From: Octopus vulgaris
Lineage: Eukaryota
Reading direction: 5' to 3'
Length of the DNA: 64,000 nucleotides
Assembly (NCBI GenBank): GCA_951406725.2
Contig: OX597829.1
Span: forward strand, 33,666,001-33,730,000
Every line of letters starts with the position of its first letter. Positions within the stretch are counted from its first letter, which is position 1. Below the pieces are notes generated by a model. It saw nothing but the letters and a program-made list of their open reading frames with translations, had not been told where the DNA came from and ran no database searches. Shown piece by piece: positions 38,800 through 51,339 of this stretch. The position numbers were made by a program, and so were the translations under genes.

Positions 38800-40890
38800 T
38801 ATGAAAGGAGAAATAGAAGAAATATGAAAGTGATCCCAATGTTACCTTGGTTGACACAGTTTTAGGATATGAGAAAGAACTTGAACAACTAAGTGAGGTA
38901 GAAATAGCTCTAGAAATTAAAAAAACAGGAAAGCATCAGGTGCAGATGCAGCACTGATTTAACTGATCAAGGGTGTAAGAGAGAGTACCATAATGATACT
39001 CCACAACCTCTTCTGTAAGAACTAGAGAGAGAAGGAATGGTCATCAGATTGGTGCACAACAGAATGTGTAGCCATATACAAAGAGAGAGACCTGTTTATG
39101 TGTGAGAATTATCAAACAGTTTCTCTAATACCACATGCAAGTAAAGTACTTTTGATTAACATCTTAGAACATTTGTAACCATTCTTTGAATAAGAAATAG
39201 CTAAAGAACAAGCTGGCTTTAGAAGTGGACATGGCACAATAGATCATCTGCACAATCTCCATACAATTTTAGGAAAAACAAGACCACACAACATTGGCTT
39301 TTGAATGTGTGAACTATAACCACATGTGGCACATTATGTATTATCTTAGCAATCCAAAATACCTCACTAGGCTCATCTAGCAGCTTTGCATCCGGCAAGA
39401 GTCCTGCATTCAAGTAAATGAGAACATAGAAAGGTTAAAAAATGGGAAAGGGGTTCATCAGGTTGTATTCCTTCTCTGTGCATGTTCAACATCTGCCCTG
39501 AGCGGATAATGTGAGAAGCAATACTGGATAATGTGAGAAGGTATGCAAATGATACTGCTCTGTTTACCAAAACTGAAATCAGACTACAAATGATAGAGTC
39601 GAAAAAGTATCAAATACACATGGTCTTTATCTCAAACATAAAAAAGACAAAGGTCATAGCAGTAGGAAAAGAGAAAGTAAATGTTAACATTAAACTGGCC
39701 AGGTTGAATTGTACAAATATCTTGGAGTCTAAATCTCTAATGAAGATACATGTAAGAAAGTAGGACACAACGAGTCGTGGCAAGAACATCCATGGAGAAA
39801 CTTAACATCTGGAGCAGCAAAAACAAGGTTAGTGTGAACTCTCATTTGATCAATAGGCATTTATGGTTGCAAATCATGAACTCTGAAGAAATTTGAAAAG
39901 AACATAATAACTACATTTGAAATGTGGGTGTACAGGAGAATGATACGAGTCTCTTACATGGATCATCAGACAGGAATGTTACAACTAGGTGAAAGACAAT
40001 AACTTCCAAAAATGTGAAAAGACAAAAGTTCATCTATTATGGCCATATTCAAAGAGCACCAATCTGAGATATTTTCTGCTTGGCTGCCTCTTTTCAATTG
40101 CTTCAATTTTTGTTCCAATTAATTTCATATTTTGGTGCATTGGTAAAGTTTTGTACAGTAATCATTGACATGGAATTAATTTTTGCCATAAATCAATGAA
40201 TAAAAAGTTAATAGCTTTTAAAGTTTGCAAATTTTGGGTAATTTTAGCCAATCAAAAGTCACAGACATACAGGTGCCTGTTTCCATAGTAACAAGTCAAG
40301 ATGTTGTCAAGATGCTTACCCAAGCAATCAATTTTCACTTATTAAATGCTTAAAACACATGAAATATGAGGTGGTCATGAGATATGCAAAAAATAATAGC
40401 TAAATTTTCTGAAAATTCACAAAAATAAAAAAATTATGAGGGGTTATATGCCATGTGCAAAGTAGAATTCTGCCAATATTTCATTTGTTTACAATTGACA
40501 ACACATGTAAACACACAAAATGACAGCTTCCAAATCTTGTTTTCTAATTGAGTAAAAAAAATTTATCAAAATTTAAACATCTGTAACTTTTTAAAAAATT
40601 TTTTTCTGGAAAAAGTGAAGTAGCCTCTGAGATTCAGCATGGAAAATTATATCAATACGCAAAATTTTTGAATTTTCACTAAACTTTAAAATTTCTACAG
40701 GTGCAGCCAAACAGAAGAGATTCAAAGCCTGGGAAACATTATCATGGAAAGAAGCATAGAGGGTAGTAGATCAAGAGGCAGGCAAAGAACACAATGGATA
40801 AACAATACTAAGAGCTGGTTGGATAAGAGTGGCAAGACAGCTGGAGAACTTACGTTTAATCGGGAAGACTTTCATTGAAGTATCATTAAT
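38800..40890 (+). mobile_element. Degenerate RTE LINE RT region
   Basis: GKASGAD, CENYQTVSLIPHASKVLL, RYANDTAL, FEMWVYRRMIRVSY, GSRSRGRQRTQWINN. Confidence 0.8.
40074..40716. mobile_element. Non-autonomous TIR DNA element inserted in the RTE
   Basis: TTCTGCTTGGCTGC...GCAGCCAAACAGAA imperfect TIRs; GAGAT repeated at 40066 and 40717. RTE coding similarity resumes afterwards. Confidence 0.55.
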
Positions 40891-41064
40891 CTGCTGCAGG
40901 TCAGTTAATAAAAAGTTATGCATACTTGCGCATGGCTTTTGGGTCAACTCTTGTTTATGTGTGTGTATTTGTGTGTAAATGGAAGCAAAAGGGGGACAGA
41001 TGGATGGTAAGAAGCTTGCTTCCCAATCAATTAGTTACTGGTTCAGTCCCAACATCATTCGGAT

Positions 41065-41420
41065 TTTTGCATGGGTATGTCTGCATTATCATTTTTGTTA
41101 TTTATATTAATTTATGACTATAACTATTGTTTTTATAACTGTATCGATTTTTTATTAATGTATATATTTTTAACTTTAACGGTACACTGTATTCTTCCTT
41201 CATAATGATTTCATCATATTTTAAATATGTTAAATCTCCTTGTACATCCTTCCCTGAAGATGTTCTCACTTGTAGTATTTAACTGAATTGATTTAGTTAA
41301 ATGAAATTAAATTTGGTTGATTTTATACTGCAAGCGACGAATTGAAACAATTGTAGGTCTGGTCTTGTCAATGTATTAATAAACTTTTATTAATCTTATC
41401 TCCATCTTCTCTTTTGGTTT
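41065..41420 (+). mobile_element. PLE-tail fragment with hammerhead-like motif (paralog of about 15545-16117)
   Basis: CC-CTGAAGA..long stem..GAAACAATTGTA-GG; aligned by eye with the MITE-interrupted copy. Confidence 0.55.
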
Positions 41421-41721
41421 TTATAATATTAATAAAATATATGTATGTGCCTATATTGTTAGGTATTCAACCAATCTAACCTTGGATAATTATATCCCTC
41501 ATCTGCACTTTGATAGGTGTGTATGTGTGTATGCCTTTGTGTCTGTGTCCTCTCCGCATGCTTGAAAGCCAGTATTGATGTGTTTATGTCCACGTAACTT
41601 AGGCCTATAGAATAAGTACTAGGCTTAAAAAGAATATGTCCTGAGGTCAATTTCTTCGACCAAAACCCTTCAAGGTAGTGCTCCAGCATGGCTGTAGACA
41701 AATGACTAAAACCAGTAAAAG

Positions 41722-43045
41722 AATATCTCCTCAGGTAAACAGCCCTGCTTGATCTGTAGGAAAGATGTCGGCAGAAATTCCATAAGATGTACCCAGTGCA
41801 ACTAAGGACATATAAGAGGTGCAGCAATATCAGAGGGAGGTTAACTGCAAAATTAGATTTTGTGTGTGGAAGGCGTACAGGTACAGTAAACATTAAAAAA
41901 GTATAGAAAATAGACTCCGTCAAATGCCATGGTGGGGTAAGCTAGAGGTAGTTGAAAGCTTCCATTATCTAGGAGACCAAGTTAGTGGCAGAGGTGGATG
42001 CTCTGAAAGCAAAGCTGCAAGAATAAGAATAGGCTGGGCAAAGTTCAGGGAGCTCCGACCTCTGTGGTAACAAAGAACCTCTCCATCAGAGTAAAAGGCA
42101 GATTGTATGATGCCTGTGTGCGAACAGCTGTACTACACAGCAGTGAATCATGGGCTGTGACTACCAAGGACATGTACAACCTTGAAGGAAGTGAAGCTTG
42201 TATGCTTTGCTGGATGTACAATGTCAGTGTACATGTTTGACAGAGTGTAAGCATTTTGGGAGAAAAGTTGGGCATAAGAGGAATCAGATGTGGTGTGCAA
42301 AAGAGACAACTGTGCTGGTATGGTCATGTGATATGTATGGATGAGGACAGCCTTGTGAAGAATTGTTGCACTCTAACTGTGGAGGGAACCCGTGGAAGAG
42401 GTAGACCTAGGGAGACACGGGAAGAGTTGGTAAAGCATGATATTTGAACATTGAGCCTCACAGAGACAATGATTTGTGACCAAGACCTTTGGCAATATAC
42501 TGTGCTTGAGAAGACCCATTAAGCTAAATGAATTCACAGTCATAGCCAATGCCAGTGTCATGTAATTGGCACCTGTGTCAGTGGCACGTAAAAAGCACAT
42601 TTTGAGCAATGTGTCTTATGGAGGTAAGGTGACCGATGCTGGTGGCACATAAAAAGCACCTGTTGAATGCTTGGCCCTACAGAGGCATCTGGCACTCGTG
42701 CTGGTGGAACTTAAAAAGCACCTGTCAAGCATGGGGCCTCACAGAGGCAATATGTGGTCAATGCTAGTGTTGGATAACTGACACCTGTGGCAGTGACACA
42801 TAAGAAACACCTTTCAAACGTTGGTCTTCATTCAGGCAATGATAAATGGCCAAGATCCTTGGCAATATGCCAGCGACATGTAAAAGCACACATTACACTC
42901 TCAGATGGTTGGCATTAGGAAGGGCATCCTGCTGTAGAAAACCATGCCAAATCAGACTGGAGTCTGGTGCAGCCCCTCAGCTTACCAGTCCTGATCAAAC
43001 CGTCCAACCCATGCCAGCATGGATGACAAACGTTAAAAGATGATA
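41722..43045 (+). mobile_element. RTE RT C-terminal half + 3' UTR + (GAT)n tail
   Basis: PCLICRK..CTQC, ARIRIGWAKFREL, LYDACVRTAVLHSSESWAV, WYGHV, RGRGRPRET. Confidence 0.85.
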
Positions 43046-43061
43046 TATATATATATATATA

Positions 43062-43420
43062 TCATCATCATCGTTTAACGTCCGTTTTCCATGCTAGCAT
43101 GGGTTGGACAGTTCGACTGGGTCTGGGAAGCCAGGAGGCTGCACCAGGCTCCAGTCTGATCTGGTAGTGTTTCTACAGCTGGATGCCCTTCCTAACGCCA
43201 ACCACTCTGTGAGTGTAGTGAGTGTTTTTTATGTTCCACCGGCACAGGTACCAGGGGAGGCAGGAAATGGCCATGATTGGTTGGTGCTTTTTACATTCCA
43301 CCAGCACGGAAGCCAGTCAAAGTGGCGCTGGCATCGGCCACGTTCGGATGGTGCTTTTTACATGCCACCGGCACAGGTATCCAACTACAATTTCCATTTG
43401 ATTTTTATTTGATGATGATG
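43062..43420 (-). mobile_element. RTE-family 3' end copy
   Basis: (CAT)n-CGTTTAACGTCCGTTTTCCATGCTAGCATGGGTTGG. Confidence 0.85.
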
Positions 43421-43551
43421 TACTTGACTCAATAGGTCTCCTCAAGCACAGCAGGTTGCCCTATGATCCAAGGGAAGCACAGCAGGCCGTTCTGCAATCC
43501 AAGGTACTTTGGATGGGCTGGGGCTGCTATGTGAAGCTGGTGCAGGAAACA

Positions 43552-43590
<39 letters not shown>

Positions 43591-43739
43591 CCACACACAG
43601 AATAAAGACAACATATCAAACAAGATTTCAGGTGAAAACGTAAATTTTATTGAGTAAAGGGAAAGAATCTTAAAGGGATTATAATGTTGGTTAATTCCCT
43701 TGTGACAAAATTTATTCAAATATATATTTACACGCACGC

Positions 43740-43809
<70 letters not shown>

Positions 43810-43810
<1 letters not shown>

Positions 43811-44322
43811 TAGCAGTATCGCCCGGCGTTGCTCGGGTTTGTAAGGGAAATAACTATATAAGCATTTTTAGAGAGTTACTTCCTTTATAGATGCCAATTC
43901 AGGCTTTCTTAGCCATTTCTGTTTTGGTGTCTTCAAGCCATGAAGTCGTTGTTCTAAAAGAACGCTGGTCTCCTTGACAACGCTTTACGACGTTAATTTC
44001 CTTACACTCCCTTCCCCACAGCTTAACGAGGGAGGGAAGAAGGGGAGAAGCAAACAGGTGCAGGTGTGACCATGGACGCCAACTCCGCCGCCATCGACAT
44101 ACGAAAAATTATGCATTAAAATGGAATAAAAAATGATGTTAAATTATTTTTAAAATCGTAGACTCATCGTAGACACGCGCTAATAGCCAGACGGGCTCGA
44201 TATTAATCACGACTATAAGATACCCGAATTTGGTTAAACTGCACCGCAAAATGTGGGAGTAGTTAGGAATCTAAATCGAAGGGGGACAGACACTCACACA
44301 ACTACAGTTTTATATATATAGA
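43810..44322 (-). mobile_element. Complete short non-autonomous Helitron
   Basis: Minus strand A|TCTATATATATAAAA...CCCGAGCAACGCCGGGCGATACTGCTAG|T: 5' TC, subterminal hairpin, 3' CTAG, inserted between A and T. Confidence 0.85.
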
Positions 44323-44338
44323 TATATATATGTTGGAA

Positions 44339-44373
<35 letters not shown>

Positions 44374-44932
44374 GATATAAAATATTATTATTATGTAGTA
44401 TATAATTATACAATTGTTAATTGTTATCCATCCGAGAATTTAAGTTTGAATATGTATATATACAAATACATATTGATAAATAGTTATTATAAACGAACCA
44501 GATAGTATATTACTGGCAATACATTGTAGTAATTGGGTTGGAGTGAACGAATTAAATTGAGTCAAATTTATTGATTGCCTTAATTCTGTCTGTATTGTGT
44601 ACGAAAACTGCATGTGATTGATCGTATTTACATAAAGAAATAATATTCATATGTTTAAAGTATTCGTATCATATTAGTCTATTACGATGTTTATTCTTGT
44701 ATATACTATAAGTGTATATGTATACAAGATGACACAAATAAGTTTTGGGTTATTCAGAAGTTCACATTGCAACCATGTGTTTCTGGTTCTGTCCCGCTGC
44801 GCAGTATCTAAGACAAATGCTTTCTGCTGTAACCCCGTGCGTGGTGCGCAAACCTCGTGCAGCTCGTTGTTTTGATATGTGGACGTTGAAATTACTCTTT
44901 CTGTTTTTCAAAATATTTTTATCACAGCTAAT

Positions 44933-45736
44933 GGATCTTTTCCTTTTGAACGGCAGTTTTCAACACAATTTCTAGTAAACTAAACACTTTTAAACTTCGT
45001 ATACTGGTAGAATGTGTTTATAAAACATCATTTTTTCTTGGCTTTATTGAGAAAATTCCATATGTTGTAACATATTTCCACTTTAAAATCGAGCATTTCG
45101 GCAATTTTAACCAATCAAATACGTCCATTTGGAGTCAAAACATACCGTGCTGTATGAATATGTCCTCGTTTAAGAAACAGATTGGGTTTATTTACATTTG
45201 TGAAGAAAAAAAGATACCCTTCCCCCATCCCTAACCCTAACTATAACTAAACCTAACCCTAAAATAGATTAAAATGCAATAGATCGATACTAGGGTTATA
45301 ATTATGGGTGACATTTTCATTTGACACTGCTAGAAAAAAATCCCATTTTCCGTAGCGGTTTCGTATAAAATTGTCACCCATAATTATAACCCTAGTATCG
45401 ATCTATTGCATTTCAATCTATTTTAGATTTAGGGTTAGGGGTAGGGAAGGGTATCTTTTTTCTTCACAAATGTAAATAAACCCAATCTGTTTCTTAAACG
45501 AGGGACATATTCATACAGCACGGAATGTTTTCACCCCAAATGGAGGTCAGCGATTGGTTAAAATTGCCAAAATGCTTGAAATTGAAGTAGAAATATGTTA
45601 CAACATATAGAATTTTCTCAATAAAGCCAAGAAAAAAATGATGCTTTATAAACACATTCTACCAGTATACGAAGTTTAAAAGTGTTTAGTTAACTAGAAA
45701 TTGTGTTGACGTATGCCATTCAAAAGGAAAAGATCC
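44933..45736. mobile_element. Fold-back MITE, 804 bp, near-total palindrome, 8-bp TSD
   Basis: GGATCTTTTCCTTTTGAA...TTCAAAAGGAAAAGATCC; arms about 380 bp; CAGCTAAT at 44925-44932 and 45737-45744. Confidence 0.92.
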
Positions 45737-46149
45737 CAGCTAATATTAAAATTAAATAGGAAAAATATTCAGGCTTTGTAATTGTTAAGCATGGAAAACG
45801 GACGTTAAACGATGATGATGATGGTGGTGGTGTATGAATTGATAACAACTTTTCTTACTTTTATGGGAATGGAGAACATCATTCTTCACCTATTTCGAAT
45901 AAACACAAATATAAAATTGAAATGTTTTTAATTTCCGCCCATTTTTATACTCTGACTTTCTCACCACGTTTCCCATTTAAGTAGATACATGTTATTTGCA
46001 TGTGAAATTTGTTTGTTTTTGTGGCTGTTTTTTTAAATTAAAACATTTTATTACATATATAACATGTATGTATATTTCAACAGACAAAAAAAAAACAGAA
46101 AAAAGAGAGAAAGAGAAAAATATCAATGCAGCACCAAGTGCTTCAATTG

Positions 46150-46735
46150 GTCATACACCACAAGGTTCAATGGAAACTACTGAGGCAAGCCAGCATGCTT
46201 GAGGTCTTACCACAAGCAATGGAGAGCCTAAGGCATTGGAAAAGCCAAGCACCTGTCACTTTGGTGAGGCAAGCTACCAACAATATCAAGAACTTCATAG
46301 TTAGTGGCCCAGTCCCATCAAACATGTCAAACGCCACAGGTTGGAAGTGATAGTTCACTGCCAGGTCCCAGTACTTCAGGGTTTTGTTCCATCTGGCTAT
46401 GGAAGCAGTGACCCTGCCATTTTCTGCAGCATTCAGAATGTGGGAGAGAACAAAAGTGTTGCAGACTGTAGTATCCCAGATGAGGCACCTACCTCTTACC
46501 CAAGGACAGAAGCTAAGGCCATCTGGTCTCTTCCCACCAGCTCCAGAACTGAGGGAATATTAATCCGAGTCAGGGCCCACTTAATGATTAAGTTTAGCTC
46601 AGTGTGATGAGCAAAACAATCAGCTTTAAGTGGCAAGATAGACCATGAAGACTTGTGGGATCGAGGGGCCTACCACAGTGACATTTCAGTCCCCTACAAT
46701 CGTCAACTCCTACTCTTAGTGCAATGGAGATCTCT
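46150..46735 (-). mobile_element. CRE-like non-LTR retrotransposon RLE remnant
   Basis: Minus strand NIPSVLE, RPDGLSFCPWVRGRCLIWDTTVCNTF, YHFQPVAFD..G..FL..AWLFQCLRLSIACG. Confidence 0.7.
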
Positions 46736-47139
46736 TCAAAACATGCTAAGGTGTGTTACACATACTTGAAAGTGATAACATATACGAAAATACATTTGAT
46801 GTCTCTTCCTTTCTTTATCTTTCACTATTTGTAACATTTCTCTTTTGACAATGGCCATTGTCACATTATCTGCTAACAATAATATTGGTCTCAAATTTTG
46901 GTATAAGGTAAGCAATAGACAAGTTAATTCAATTACTTCGACCCAATTCAATAATTTATGTTATTTTACTTCCTGAAGGAGTCTCCCGCCTCATAATTTA
47001 TTTAGAAGAATGTAGGTAATGTTGTTACTGACTTAGATCCAAATTACACAAAACCTCAACTACAGAGAGACACATCCCTTAGACCAGGGTTGATATTACA
47101 AGCAAAATGCAAAATGATTTTAAAAATTCCTTTGCATTC

Positions 47140-47342
47140 AGTTAAGTGATTCACAAATCAACTGACAGACAGAGGCAGTATTTATTCAGTGTTTCTTCTG
47201 AAATAATTATGAAGATGTTGGATTTGCTGGTCTTGCTGAATAAACTTGTACATGTTGCAACAGATGAAGCATTTGCAATGGTGATGAAAAAATGCCAGAT
47301 TAATTGAATGCATGAAAAGTGATCCCAGCTTTTCAGAGTTTT
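47140..47342 (+). mobile_element. hAT (SPIN/Buster-like) transposase fragment
   Basis: LNKLVHVATDEAFAMVMKK resembles the KLVSVxTDGAPAMVGK motif. Confidence 0.45.
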
Positions 47343-47559
47343 GTAACGAAAATGTGAATATCTTCTCTGGACCTTTTGGGGGTGCGAGAAGCAATCACTT
47401 TCCGTTGCTTTAATAATCCAGAATTCTCTACCAGTCAGAAACAAACAAGACGCAAACGTAAATAATATATATCTACTTTATTCTCTTATGTGGTAACAGA
47501 TAATTGGTGTATCTGGCATCCCATTGGTATAGATGTGTCTCAGCTGAACCTTATCGCTG

Positions 47560-48000
47560 TAAAATAAGAAAGTGTTCAAATGCAAAACGACACTTGTCAA
47601 AGATGGCGTCCGGAGAAAGGAAGATGATGTAGTCTGCAACAATTTGGTTAAAAGCTTTCGGTAAAAGCTGCTGCTAGAATCAAATTCGGACAGAGAGAAT
47701 ATACGTGTTGTACCTTCGATAGCCATGTCTCAAGTCACTGCCTGCTGCTATCACTCCGGACCCCTTTAAGGTTCACGCTCCCCTGCCTCACGGCTAAACT
47801 GCCACGTAGGCAAATGGTCCTACTTCCGGTGGTGAAGGCACCAACCCGCACGCGCGAAACAGGAATGGACGGTGCGCGCGCGCGCCGCTGTATAGCGTCA
47901 CTACAGTTTCTTCTCACCTGTATTATTCCTTGTGAATACCTGTGTAGGAAATACGACCGTACGTAAGGAGTTGGTGACAAATGTCTCCTTTTGAACGCTG
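47560..48000. promoter_or_regulatory. CpG-rich promoter-like island (host promoter or solo LTR)
   Basis: Local CpG/GC peak with AAGATGGCG, ACTTCCGG, CGCGCGAAA, (GC)6 and ACTACAGTTTC motifs. Confidence 0.5.
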
Positions 48001-49649
48001 CATGGTTGTCCCTAACATAATATGAAGCCAAATACATGATATAAAATACAGTGCCAAAAGGAATAAATGAGGACAACAAACCGTTCTACTGTTTGAGAGA
48101 GAAGAAGACTTTATTTATAATGGGTACAGAGAGAGAGTGTGTGAGTGCTAGCAAGGTGTTGTGTATGTGCGCATGCGACAAGCATTTGTGTCTGTGCGTT
48201 CGTGTGTGCGACAAAAGGTACAGATAAAGGTGTATGCATATACAACAGAAATACAAAGCAGAAGATGCGTCTCAGCATGTTGAGTGAAGATGGAATTAGT
48301 TTACCAGTTCGTGAGGTACACAATAGCAAGAGTTCTGTTGATGTGTACATGTTTAAGTCAATGGAGATGGAGACAATGATGGTGATAACGGCAGCAGAGA
48401 TGGAGAACATCCTTCTGTCGCTGGTGTATAATAGTGTCTTCATGGCTGGAGCAGTGGCATGGCTAGCTGGCTGCACCAGGCTTCAATCTTGATCTGGCAG
48501 AGTTTCTACAGCTGGATGCCTTCATAACGCCAACCACTCTGAGAGTGTAGTGGGTGCTTTTACGTGCCACCAGCATGGGGGCCAGTCAGGTGGTACTGGC
48601 AATGACCTCGCTCAAATCTTTTTACACATTCGAGTGAGGTCATTGCCAGTACCGCCTGACTGGCCCCCTATTTGTCATTATCATTTAATGTCCATGTTCC
48701 TTGATGGCATGGGTTGGACAGTTTGACAAGGATCTGATGTGTCCATGGACTGCAACAAGCTCCAGTATCTTCTGCATGATTTTTATGGCTAGATGCCCCT
48801 TCTAATGCTAACCACTTTAGTGTGGACTGGGTGAGGAGTTTTTGTGCATTATTGAGATTGCTATGCAGTTCATATGAACCCTGGGGAGATAGTGAGGTTA
48901 GCTCCATGCAAGGAATTGAGAGGATTTCAATGAGAGATTGGGTTCCAAGCAGGTTCCTGCAGAGGGATCTGTATTGCCACTGATATTCAGGAGGTGAGAA
49001 AGCAGAGAGAAAGAGAAAATAATCAGTAGGAGCTGCAAAACATAGATACAGGGTATTCCTGCTAAATTTGATGTTTACGTGCATCACAAAGATCTGTGAC
49101 AAAGATCTGTGACATCATGACCACTGCTCAGTGTTCTATGAACACTGTAAAGGCTGTAAAATGTGACATGGATAGCTGCAACAGAGACTACATAGGTGTG
49201 GTTAATAGGAAGAGACACAGCAGATGTTTTGACTGTGCCCACATGCAGAATTCACTCCCACATTTTTGAGCAGGGCTTTTGGCTTAATTCAGGGGGCTAT
49301 GTGAGCTGCTGGAGACTATGGTCAAACCCTGGCTAAAGACAGTTGCAACTGAAAGGCCATATGCATGGCAACAGGAATCAGCTTCTTACCATACTTTCAG
49401 AAAGAGTGGCCGTTAGAGAATTTCTAAGACTCCACCAGCCCCAATTTCTAACCTACTTTCTCTGATTGTAATCTCATGGATAACTATCTGTAGGATGTGG
49501 GTGAAAAAGACACCAACCATTCTGCCAGCAACAACAAGACAATGTGACACATGAACCTGTGTCCATTATAACCTTTGAACAGGGGAGGTCAGCCGCTTCC
49601 CCTTGCTGGTCAGGCATCTGCAGACTAGTTTCAGGGTATTTGCCCCTTA

Positions 49650-50393
49650 TTACGTAAAAAGCACCATTTGAGCATGAACGTTACCAGCACGTGAAAAACA
49701 TTCGAGCAAGGTCGTTGCCAGTGCCGCTGGATTGACGCCTGAGCATGTGGCACATAAAAAAACACTATTTCAAGCATGGCCATAGCCAGTACAGGTGGCA
49801 CGTAAAAGCACCCACTGCACTCTTGGAACTGTTGGCGTTAGGAAGGGCACCAGGCTGTGGAAGCTCTGCCAGATCAGATTGGAGCCTGGCGCAGCCATCC
49901 GGTTCGACAGTCCTCAGTCAAATCGTCCAACTTATGCTAGCATGGAAAGCGGACATTAAAGGATGATGATGATATATATATATATATATATACACACATA
50001 CACTGTGCTTGAGGAGACCCTGTCCTTGAGGAGACATCAACATCAAAAAATCAAATGGAAATTGTAGTTGTGATACCTGTGCCGGTGGAGCGTAAAAAGC
50101 ACCATCCGAACGTGGCTGATGCCAGCGCCGCCTTGCCTGGCTCCCATGCCAGAGGCACGTAAAAAGCACCAACCAATCATGGCCATTGCCAGCCTCGCCT
50201 AGCACCTGTGCCGGTGGCATGTAAAAAGCACCCACTACACTTATGAAGTTTTTGGCGTTAGGAAGGGCATCCAGCTGTAGAAACACTGCCAGATCAGACT
50301 GGAGCCTAGTGCAGCCTCCTGGCTTCCCAGACCCTGGTCGAACCGTCCAACCCATGCTAGCATGGAAAACAGACGTTAAACAATGATGATGAT
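49650..50393 (+). mobile_element. Two tandem RTE-family 3' end copies
   Basis: (GAT)n tails at about 49970 and about 50393, each preceded by the conserved terminal motif. Confidence 0.8.
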
Positions 50394-51339
50394 ACATATA
50401 TATATATCTTAATGTATAAAATCTGTTCTTATAACTTGAGTATTATTCATCCGATCATACTGAAATTTTAAATATGGATACATGAGAGAGCTGGGCGTTC
50501 TGTAATCTAAAAAGATTTTCAAGATCATTAGTTTCAAAGTGAGAATCACTATTTTTGTAATTTTTAATGTCCTGTTTGTTCTGTCATTAAAACAACCAGT
50601 TGCTCACACAGCCGGCATATACCATTTCGCTAGCAACAAGGGGAGTACAGTCAGTCAGAACTGTTGCTATGCTGTCTTTCTTATTTCCTCTCTCTGTGGA
50701 GTAATCTTAATCTTTAGTTACAGTTTCTCATTCAAACTACATAATAGACAGAATTGTTGGATTAGGACAGTAGGGTGTTTTGAGGGAGATTTGGCTGCTA
50801 TTTCTACCAGGTCTAGCTACCATGTAGAGATCTGCCTCATTGATATTATATATTCTGTATGCTTTCCAGAATTGTGTTACAGATTTTGACGTATAGGTTA
50901 TCAAAAGATTCAGTACTATTCAGGCTTCAAATTAACTTAATTTTCATTCACATATTTGCATTTCAAAAGTTTAACATAATCTCCATAAATCAACTATCTT
51001 AAAAATTTTATACTATTACGTCATATTTTCTATATGTGTGTGTACCTTAAGAGATGTCAGTTATCACGACACACACCTTCACTCACTCACTCTATCTCTC
51101 TTTCTCACATACACATGTATGTATGCACACACACATACACACACGTCCATTTCATATAGACGTACATACATCTTTCACTTTCTTTCTCTGTTCTTTTTGC
51201 TTTATCTTCTTTCAATTTCTGCTCTCTTGAAATAAAATTTTTACGGATACAACTACTTACAAAAATAGGGATTAATGTATAATTTCTTTCTATGTTCATA
51301 ATTTTTTATTTAGAATATTGGAGGGATTAATGCATAATT

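Noticed and set aside
43104-43412. Recurrent 'FLQLDALPNANHS' ORF family (also 2081, 49918, 57475, 58531, 58975)
   Set aside because: Antisense translation of the RTE 3' UTR repeat; frames are not preserved between copies.
45229-45445. Chromosome end or telomere fusion
   Set aside because: Only a few TAACCC/TTAGGG units, embedded within MITE arms bounded by a TSD.
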